Shown piece after piece: positions 25,622 to 32,000 of a stretch of DNA of 32,000 nucleotides. The position numbers were made by a program, and so were the translations under genes. The first letter of the stretch is position 1; the number at the start of each line of letters is the position of its first letter. Below the pieces are notes generated by a model. That model searched no databases, was not told the origin of the DNA, and saw nothing but the letters and a program-made list of their open reading frames with translations. Source of the stretch: Synechococcus sp. A15-24 (GTDB taxonomy: Bacteria; Cyanobacteriota; Cyanobacteriia; PCC-6307; Cyanobiaceae); NCBI RefSeq assembly GCF_014280195.1, contig NZ_CP047960.1, forward strand, positions 1,530,001 to 1,562,000, given 5' to 3'.

Positions 25622-25708
25622 AGCAACGGTTTGATGAGAGGTCTTTGACAGACCCCCACAGGTTCCGACATAGTCGCGGATTGTGCAGATTCGCGGCTTC
25701 GGGCCGCA

Positions 25709-27028
25709 GTGTCATTGGCCAACGTTGTCGTCATCGGAGCTCAGTGGGGTGACGAAGGGAAAGGAAAGATCACCGATCTCCTCAGCCGCTCCGCCGATGT
25801 GGTCGTTCGCTACCAAGGTGGTGTGAATGCAGGCCACACGATCGTCGTGGACGACCGTGTGCTGAAGCTGCATCTGATCCCCTCCGGAATCCTTTATCCG
25901 GACACGATCTGCCTGATCGGGTCCGGCACGGTCGTGGATCCCAAGGTGATGCTCGGTGAGCTGGACATGCTCATCGCCAACGACATCGATATCTCCGGCC
26001 TGCAGCTGGCCTCCACGGCCCACGTGACCATGCCGTACCACCGCCTGCTTGATCTGGCGATGGAGAAGCAGCGCGGCGACCGGCGGATCGGCACCACCGG
26101 CCGCGGCATCGGACCGACCTATGCCGATAAATCCCAGCGTAGCGGTATCCGTGTGATCGACCTGCTGGATGAAGCACGGCTGAGGGAACGTCTTGAGGGA
26201 CCCCTCCAGGAAAAAAATCAACTGCTGGAGACGATCTACGGCGTCGAGCCCCTCGATGCGGAGACCGTGATCAAGGAGTACCTGGGCTACGGCAAGCGCC
26301 TGGCCCCCCACGTGGTGGAGTGCACCCAGGCCATCCACCAGGCGGCAAGGGCCCGCAAAAACATCTTGTTCGAAGGTGCCCAGGGCACCCTGCTGGATCT
26401 CGATCACGGCACCTATCCCTACGTCACCTCCTCCAATCCGGTGTCCGGTGGGGCCTGCATCGGTGCCGGCGTGGGACCGACGCTGATCGACCGGGTGATC
26501 GGCGTGGCCAAGGCCTACACCACCCGTGTCGGCGAAGGCCCCTTCCCGACGGAGCTCAGTGGCCGATTGAACGACCAGCTCACCGAGCGTGGCGGCGAAT
26601 TCGGCACCACCACCGGCCGCCGACGTCGCTGTGGTTGGTTCGACGGGGTGATCGGCCGTTATGCGGTTCAGGTGAACGGCCTCGACTGCCTCGCCGTGAC
26701 CAAGCTCGATGTGCTGGATGAGCTGGATGCCATCCAGGTGTGCGTGGCCTACGAGCTGGATGGTGAACGCATTGAGCATTTCCCCAGCAGCGCCGAGGAC
26801 TTCGCCCGCTGCAACCCGATCTTCGAGACCCTTCCCGGCTGGCAGTGCTCCACCGAGGACTGCCGCAAGCTCGAGGATCTGCCGGACGCTGCCATGGCCT
26901 ACCTGCGCTTCCTCGCTGATCTGATGGAGGTGCCAATCGCGATTGTCTCCCTGGGTGCCAGCCGCGATCAGACCATCGTTGTGGAAGATCCGATCCACGG
27001 CCCCAAACGGGCTCTGCTCAGCGCCTGA
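25709..27028 (+). CDS. purA: Adenylosuccinate synthetase
   Basis: [42 protein letters not shown] and [12 protein letters not shown]. The start is GTG at 25709 or TTG at 25715. Confidence 0.95.
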   Translation: MSLANVVVIGAQWGDEGKGKITDLLSRSADVVVRYQGGVNAGHTIVVDDRVLKLHLIPSGILYPDTICLIGSGTVVDPKVMLGELDMLIANDIDISGLQLASTAHVTMPYHRLLDLAMEKQRGDRRIGTTGRGIGPTYADKSQRSGIRVIDLLDEARLRERLEGPLQEKNQLLETIYGVEPLDAETVIKEYLGYGKRLAPHVVECTQAIHQAARARKNILFEGAQGTLLDLDHGTYPYVTSSNPVSGGACIGAGVGPTLIDRVIGVAKAYTTRVGEGPFPTELSGRLNDQLTERGGEFGTTTGRRRRCGWFDGVIGRYAVQVNGLDCLAVTKLDVLDELDAIQVCVAYELDGERIEHFPSSAEDFARCNPIFETLPGWQCSTEDCRKLEDLPDAAMAYLRFLADLMEVPIAIVSLGASRDQTIVVEDPIHGPKRALLSA

Positions 27029-27067
27029 TCCGCTGGAGGCCATACTGCGAGCCCCTGTGACCCCGTC

Positions 27068-28072
27068 ATGACGCGCTTCCCCAGCACCTGCAGCCTTGAT
27101 GTGGTGGGCATCGGCAACGCCATCGTGGACGTGTTGGTTCAGACCGATGACGCCTTTCTGGCGCAACACGGACTGCAGAAGGGCGGGATGGCGCTGATCG
27201 ATGAACAGCAGGCAGAGACCTTATACACCGCCAGTGGGCCAGGTCTGGAAACCTCCGGAGGTTCCGTGGCCAACACCATGGTGGGAATTGCCCAGCTGGG
27301 GGGACGGGCAGGCTTCATCGGACGGGTGCGCGATGACCGGCTCGGTGGCATCTTCAGCCACGACATCCGCGCCGTCGGTGCGCGCTTCGACACACCTGCT
27401 GCCACCACGGGAGCCACCACAGCCCGCTGCCTGATCTACGTCACCCCGGATGCGGAACGCACGATGTGCACGTTCCTTGGCGCCTCCACCCAGCTGGAGC
27501 CGGAAGACCTGGACCTCTCGATGGTGCGTGACACCAAGGTGCTGTACCTCGAGGGCTACCTCTGGGACAGTCCAGCGGCTAAGCGGGCCTTCATTGCCGC
27601 GGCGGACGTTTGCCGCGAGGCCGGCGGTCAGGTCGCCCTTTCACTGTCCGACGGCTTCTGCGTGGACCGGCACCGCGAGAGCTTTCTCGAACTCGTCAAC
27701 GGTCATGTGGATGTGCTGTTCGCCAACGAGGTGGAGATCAAATCGCTCTACGAAACCGACGATTTCGACACCGCTCTGAAGAAGGTAGGCGGCGGCTGCT
27801 CGGTGATCGCCGTCACCCGTGGAGGGGAGGGATCCGTGGTGCTCAGCGGTGATCAACGCTGGGACATCGGCATCTTCGGCCTGGGCGAGCTGGTCGACAC
27901 CACCGGGGCCGGAGACCTCTACGCCGGCGGTTTTCTGCACGGCTACACCCAGGGAGAATCCCTGGAACGCTGTGGTCAACTGGGGGCCCTCTGTGCCGGG
28001 CAGATCGTCACCCAGCTGGGGGCTCGTCCCCAGGTGTCCCTGCGGGAGCTGGCCGCAGCCCATCTGAACTGA
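27068..28072 (+). CDS. PfkB-family carbohydrate/nucleoside kinase (adenosine-kinase-like)
   Basis: LDVVGIGNAIVDVL, the GG dipeptide region SGGSVANT, and the C-terminal DTTGAGDLYAGGFLHG anion-hole motif. Confidence 0.9.
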   Translation: MTRFPSTCSLDVVGIGNAIVDVLVQTDDAFLAQHGLQKGGMALIDEQQAETLYTASGPGLETSGGSVANTMVGIAQLGGRAGFIGRVRDDRLGGIFSHDIRAVGARFDTPAATTGATTARCLIYVTPDAERTMCTFLGASTQLEPEDLDLSMVRDTKVLYLEGYLWDSPAAKRAFIAAADVCREAGGQVALSLSDGFCVDRHRESFLELVNGHVDVLFANEVEIKSLYETDDFDTALKKVGGGCSVIAVTRGGEGSVVLSGDQRWDIGIFGLGELVDTTGAGDLYAGGFLHGYTQGESLERCGQLGALCAGQIVTQLGARPQVSLRELAAAHLN

Positions 28073-28385
28073 GCTGCGCCAAGGCCCAGGCGCCATAGGC
28101 GCCTGAGGCCTCCACCGGCCAGGTCAACCATTCCGGGGTGTCGTAGCTGTGCAGCTCTATCACGGCCTCCCGCAGCCTGCCCAGCTGATCGGCGCTGGTT
28201 TTGAGCAGCAACTGCACTTCTGCGTCCCGCTGCAGCTCACCCTTCCAGCGGTACAGCGACTGGAGCGGTTGCAACGACACACAAGCCACCAAGCGGCGCT
28301 CCAGCAGAGCCTCCGCCAGGGTCTGAGCTCTGGCCTGATCCGCCTCCGTGGTCAGAGCCAGCACCAGGCGTGGGGAGTCAGTCAT
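28008..28385 (-). CDS. cutA: Divalent-cation tolerance protein CutA
   Basis: LVLALTTEADQARAQTLAEALLERRLVACVSLQPLQSLYRWKGELQRDAEVQLLLKT...HSYDTPE. ATG at 28385 lies within the cobK stop region (ATGACTGA). The tail overlaps the convergent PfkB gene by 65 nt. Confidence 0.85.
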   Translation of the reverse strand: MTDSPRLVLALTTEADQARAQTLAEALLERRLVACVSLQPLQSLYRWKGELQRDAEVQLLLKTSADQLGRLREAVIELHSYDTPEWLTWPVEASGAYGAWALAQLSSDGLRPAPAGTPGDEPPAG

Positions 28386-29190
28386 CAGCGCCAACACGGG
28401 GAGCCTCCTGCAGCCGCTTCATCAGGCTGGGTTCACTCTCCACAGTCTCGACGCCTGCTGGGGTCGCCGGACGACGCAACATCAGCAGCCGCAGGTCCAG
28501 ATCGGCGGACAGCTGACGCCAGAGGCGCTCCGTCACACCACCCGACTGCCGGCAGATCACATCCGTGATCCGCCAGCGGCGACACAGGGCCCGTTCGATC
28601 GCACCGGCACGGTCCCCCTGCAGCGGCCGGACCACCGCCAGATGATCCGGGGGTAAACCGGCGGCCAGTGCGGCCCTGAGACCATCAGCGGAGGGGAGAC
28701 AACGGGCAAAGACGTCAGCGCCGGCGGCGACGGCATCGCTGTGCACAGCAGGAAGATGCCGCCCCCCCAAGGCCAGCAGCAGACGTCGACCGCCGAGATC
28801 GACCCCCCGCAGGTCACTGAACCGATCCAACAGCTGCACTACCCCGCCCTGTTCCAGCGGCCGTTGCAGGCGCAGCAGAGGCTGGCCGCACCTGGCACAG
28901 GTCCGGGCCAGATCTGCGCTGATGCGAATCGCGAAGGGATGGGTCGCATCAATCACCCAGCGAAAGCCAGCACCGTTGTTCAAAACAGCCTCGATGGCTT
29001 TCTCTCCCTGGAGTGAGCCGACAGCCATCCGATCGAGGTCGAGCCCGGTGTAGGGGCGGGCGGCGGAGGGGGTCACCACACTCACTTCGACCCGCCAGCC
29101 AGTCCGCAACAAAGCCGCCGCCAATGGTGGCCCTTCACCGGTCCCCGACAGCAACCAGATCCGCCCCTGGCCATTCCCCCGACCTTGCAT
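28378..29190 (-). CDS. cobK: Precorrin-6A reductase
   Basis: RIWLLSGTGEGPPLAAALL..., ..IDATHPFA..IS and ...LLALGGRHL match the CobK/CbiJ layout. ATG at 29190 is preferred, because the track start at 29259 would overlap the divergent ssb. Confidence 0.85.
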   Translation of the reverse strand: MQGRGNGQGRIWLLSGTGEGPPLAAALLRTGWRVEVSVVTPSAARPYTGLDLDRMAVGSLQGEKAIEAVLNNGAGFRWVIDATHPFAIRISADLARTCARCGQPLLRLQRPLEQGGVVQLLDRFSDLRGVDLGGRRLLLALGGRHLPAVHSDAVAAGADVFARCLPSADGLRAALAAGLPPDHLAVVRPLQGDRAGAIERALCRRWRITDVICRQSGGVTERLWRQLSADLDLRLLMLRRPATPAGVETVESEPSLMKRLQEAPRVGADD

Positions 29191-29219
29191 CAGGATGCAC
29201 CACGAAGACGGTGTGAACC

Positions 29220-29657
29220 ATGAACCACTGTGTGCTGGAAGTGGAGGTGATCGACGCACCTACGGTTCGATACACCCAGGACAACCAGACGCCGATCGCC
29301 GAGATGTCGGTTCGGTTTGATCCGCTTAGGGAGGGCGATCAACCCGGTGAACTCAAGGTGGTGGGTTGGGGAAATCTGGCCCAGGAACTGCAGAGCCGCG
29401 TGCAGGTCGGCCAGCGCTTGATGTTGGAAGGGCGTCTTCGGATGAACACTGTGCCCCGCCAGGACGGGATGAAGGAAAAGCGGGCGGAATTCACTCTGGC
29501 GCGCATGCATCCCATCACTCCAGGCTCCGCTCCCCAACCGTCTCAGCCAGCAGCGGCCCCCACCGCAGCGGCTGCGCCACCAGCGAAGGCCGAGCCCGAG
29601 GCCGCCAGTTGGAATGCCGCCCCCCTGGTGCCGGATACGGACGAGATTCCCTTCTGA
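29220..29657 (+). CDS. ssb: Single-stranded DNA-binding protein
   Basis: OB-fold N-terminal block (NHCVLEVEVIDAPTVRYTQDNQTPIAEMSVRF...VVGWGNLAQEL), a Pro/Ala-rich linker, and the acidic tip DTDEIPF typical of bacterial SSB. Confidence 0.9.
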   Translation: MNHCVLEVEVIDAPTVRYTQDNQTPIAEMSVRFDPLREGDQPGELKVVGWGNLAQELQSRVQVGQRLMLEGRLRMNTVPRQDGMKEKRAEFTLARMHPITPGSAPQPSQPAAAPTAAAAPPAKAEPEAASWNAAPLVPDTDEIPF

Positions 29658-29659
29658 GC

Positions 29660-29860
29660 TCACCGCGCTCCGGACTCCTCCTCCAATTCGACGACCCGGG
29701 AGATCATCTGACCGAGTTCCCGTTCCAGGGCAGCCAGATCAAGCCGCAGGTCTGGCCAGCGTCCTCCATCGATCTGCTGCAACAGCCAGGCGCGATCAGC
29801 ATCCAGTTGCTGCAGCAGAACCTTGAGATCGTCGGAGGAAGAACCGGTCACGGTCACCAC
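29660..29860 (-). CDS. Small coiled-coil hypothetical protein (about 60-66 aa)
   Basis: DDLKVLLQQLDADRAWLLQQIDGGRWPDLRLDLAALERELGQMISRVVELEEE has non-random heptad-like composition. It is convergent with ssb across a 2-nt gap. GTG start(s) only. Confidence 0.45.
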   Translation of the reverse strand: MVTVTGSSSDDLKVLLQQLDADRAWLLQQIDGGRWPDLRLDLAALERELGQMISRVVELEEESGAR

Positions 29861-29922
29861 AAGCCTTCATCTCTCCATCCTGAAGGCCGAGAAGTCACAA
29901 TGGCGTCCTTAGTTTGGCGTCG

Positions 29923-30459
29923 ATGAAAGATCTGTTGTCTCCCGGAAGCCTTGTCACCGTCGCCGGTGGCGTTCTCACCGTGGTGGGTGGTGTGGCCTAT
30001 GCCACGGGAAGTGCCAATCTCAGCCTCCCAACCATCTTCTACGGGATCCCGATTCTTCTGGGGGGGCTGGCACTGAAGTCATCGGAACTCCCACCCGCCA
30101 GACGGGTTACCCCCAAGGCCCAGCTCAAGGCAGAACGCGAGCAAGCCGCTCCAGAGCTGGGCAAGCTGCTTGGGGATGTGACCCGGTGGCGCTATGGGCA
30201 GAAGGCCCATCTGGAGTCCTCCCTTGAAGCCCTCAAACTCTGGGACGAAGACAACCCACCGGCTCTCACCGAGATTGAAGAGTTGTCATCCGCTGCGGGC
30301 TATGGCCTGCGACTCCGGTTTGAGGGCAACGCCGTACCGATGGATCGCTGGGAAGACAAACTCGATCGCCTCGGTCGTTTTTTCGCCAAGGGGATGAAGG
30401 CGGAACTGACCCCTGTTGATCAAACCTGTTTCGATTTGAAGCTCCTGCCTGATGCCTGA
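29923..30459 (+). CDS. Conserved-looking two-TM membrane protein with a soluble C-terminal domain (possibly DUF2854-type; family recalled, not verified)
   Basis: [27 protein letters not shown] and [15 protein letters not shown], followed by a charged soluble domain. The track start at 29914 is TTG. ATG at 29923 is preferred. Its stop overlaps the argB start by 8 nt. Confidence 0.7.
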   Translation: MKDLLSPGSLVTVAGGVLTVVGGVAYATGSANLSLPTIFYGIPILLGGLALKSSELPPARRVTPKAQLKAEREQAAPELGKLLGDVTRWRYGQKAHLESSLEALKLWDEDNPPALTEIEELSSAAGYGLRLRFEGNAVPMDRWEDKLDRLGRFFAKGMKAELTPVDQTCFDLKLLPDA

Positions 30460-31333
30460 GCCGATTCAATCCGGTGACGATGCCCTGAGGGTGTCGGTAC
30501 TCAGTGAAGCGCTGCCGTACATCCAGAGATTTTCTGGCCGCCGCATCGTGATCAAGTACGGCGGTGCCGCCATGGCCCATGCCGAGCTGCGCGAGGCGGT
30601 GTTCCGTGATCTCGCCCTGCTGGCCTGTGTTGGGGTGCAGCCGGTGGTGGTCCATGGCGGAGGGCCGGAAATCAACCAATGGCTCAAACGTCTGGAGATC
30701 CCTGCCGAATTCCGCGACGGCCTGCGGGTCACCGATGCCGACACGATGGATGTGGTGGAGATGGTGCTGGTCGGGCGGGTCAACAAGCAGATTGTCAACG
30801 GACTCAATCAACTCGGAACGCGGGCCGTGGGTCTGAGTGGCAGCGACGGCAGCCTGGTGGAAGCACGCCCATGGGGCGACGGCAGCCATGGACTGGTGGG
30901 AGATGTGGCCCGGGTCAACCCGGATGTGCTGGAGCCGCTGCTGGAACGGGGTTATGTGCCGGTGATCTCCAGCGTTGCCGCCACCCCGGGTGATGGCCGC
31001 GCCCACAACATCAACGCCGACACCGTGGCCGGCGAGCTGGCGGCAGCCCTCGAGGCCGAGAAGTTGATCCTGCTGACCGATACCCCCGGAATCCTCAGGG
31101 ATCGGGACGATCCCGACTCACTGATTCGCAAACTGCGTCTCTCAGAGGCGCGTCAACTCATCGATGATGGTGTTGTGGCCGGTGGTATGACCCCCAAGAC
31201 CGAATGCTGCATCCGGGCCCTGGCGCAAGGGGTTTCAGCGGCTCACATCGTTGATGGACGGGTGCCCCACGCTCTGCTGCTGGAAGTGTTCACCGATGCC
31301 GGCATCGGCACCATGGTCGTGGGACGCGGCTGA
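30452..31333 (+). CDS. argB: N-acetylglutamate kinase
   Basis: [55 protein letters not shown] and [15 protein letters not shown]. Confidence 0.95.
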   Translation: MPEPIQSGDDALRVSVLSEALPYIQRFSGRRIVIKYGGAAMAHAELREAVFRDLALLACVGVQPVVVHGGGPEINQWLKRLEIPAEFRDGLRVTDADTMDVVEMVLVGRVNKQIVNGLNQLGTRAVGLSGSDGSLVEARPWGDGSHGLVGDVARVNPDVLEPLLERGYVPVISSVAATPGDGRAHNINADTVAGELAAALEAEKLILLTDTPGILRDRDDPDSLIRKLRLSEARQLIDDGVVAGGMTPKTECCIRALAQGVSAAHIVDGRVPHALLLEVFTDAGIGTMVVGRG

Positions 31334-31336
31334 AGC

Positions 31337-32000
31337 GTGGACGAGCAACCGGCTCCGCTGGACCTAACGATCGCTCAAACCGCGTTGGAACGCGGTGACT
31401 ACGGCCAGTGCCTGGAACAGCTGACCCCGTTGGCGGAAGCCCGGCCTTTACCGGATCCCGAGGGAGCCAGGGTCCGGCTGTTGATGGTCACGGCCTTGAT
31501 GGGTCAGGGGCGGGACCAGGAGGCCCTCACCATCTGTCAGCTGCTGAGCCGTTCCGGTGAACCGCAGCTGCGCCAGCAGGCCCGTCAGTTGCTGACGATC
31601 CTCGAAGCCCCCGCGTTGGACCGTCCAGAGCGGTGGTCCATGCGGCTTCCGCCTTTATCGATTCAAGCCACTGGCGATGCCGCACCGGTGTCGTCCCGAC
31701 GTCGACGTTCGCGCAAACCGCCACCACCGCCCACAGGTCCCACCCGGCCTCCGGCACTGGGGTTTGCCGTCCTGGTCGCCGCCGTGCTGCTGGCCCTGAC
31801 GGTGGCCCTGAGCGGCTGCGTTCGCATGCAAGCCGATCTCAGCAGCCCGGCGCCGAATCGCCTACAGCTCGCCTGGGAGATCCAGAGCAGCACCGGCCAA
31901 CTCCTGCCCTGGCAGCAACGGTTTGACCGCAAGCTCCAGCCGCTTCAGCCTGATGTAACCGTGGAGCATCCCCGTCCGGGAACTCAGCGGATCACCACCG
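31337..32000 (+). CDS. Hypothetical protein with a TPR-like N-terminus, a basic/Pro-rich linker and one TM; 3' end cut by the window edge
   Basis: Not in the track because there is no stop in the window. My translation from GTG at 31337: VDEQPAPLDLTIAQTALERGDYGQCLEQLTPLAEARPLPDPEGARVRLLMVTALMGQGRDQEAL...SSRRRRSRKPPPPPTGPTRPPALGFAVLVAAVLLALTVALSGC.... It is open to position 32000 and starts 3 nt after the argB stop. Confidence 0.55.
   Translation, partial: MDEQPAPLDLTIAQTALERGDYGQCLEQLTPLAEARPLPDPEGARVRLLMVTALMGQGRDQEALTICQLLSRSGEPQLRQQARQLLTILEAPALDRPERWSMRLPPLSIQATGDAAPVSSRRRRSRKPPPPPTGPTRPPALGFAVLVAAVLLALTVALSGCVRMQADLSSPAPNRLQLAWEIQSSTGQLLPWQQRFDRKLQPLQPDVTVEHPRPGTQRITT

Noticed and set aside
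25712-27169. 485-aa ORF on the - strand
   Set aside because: It is antisense to purA and the start of the PfkB gene. Its G/A/H/D-rich junk composition shows no motifs, and purA explains the region.
29191-29259. Longer cobK start at 29259
   Set aside because: It would overlap the divergent ssb coding sequence by 40 nt and add a non-conserved 23-aa leader. The CobK-like N-terminus (RIWLLSGTGEG) fits the ATG at 29190.

Overview
This window reads as a densely packed core-genome segment of a high-GC marine picocyanobacterium, probably Synechococcus subcluster 5.1-like. That assignment is an inference from psb27, a CAB-tailed ferrochelatase, GC-rich third codon positions and the gene repertoire. 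I support about 38 protein-coding genes, two of them truncated by the window edges. Recognised genes are ilvB, hemH, cobO, pyrH, frr, tal, ftsI, lepB, ppa, proS, psb27, purA, cutA, cobK, ssb and argB. Less well-defined genes include a tyrosine recombinase, a SAM methyltransferase, a cryptochrome/photolyase-family protein, a stand-alone cNMP-binding protein, a CPBP protease, a tandem histidine phosphatase, a degenerate dihydroorotase-like protein, an ArsC-family protein, a 2Fe-2S protein, an HTH protein and a PfkB kinase. By eye I found no rRNA, tRNA, CRISPR array, transposase, prophage block or recognisable defence system. Many long GC-driven antisense ORFs in the track are artefacts. Several track ORFs start too far upstream, and I give shortened starts where a conserved N-terminus or a neighbouring gene argues for it. 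No canonical novel system stands out. The best candidates for undescribed biology are: (1) a cNMP-binding-domain gene coupled to an atypical photolyase/cryptochrome gene; (2) an intact tyrosine recombinase translationally coupled to a methyltransferase and cobO with no mobile-element context; (3) a pseudo-dihydroorotase coupled to a two-domain histidine phosphatase; (4) a nested inverted-repeat leader with a GATCTGG triplet directly upstream of pyrH; (5) domain fusions, namely an EF-hand pair on transaldolase and a zinc ribbon on IlvB; and (6) an AT-richer patch with an HTH gene, a hairpin and a small ORF upstream of ppa. All family calls come from by-eye motif recognition, and no database search was run.
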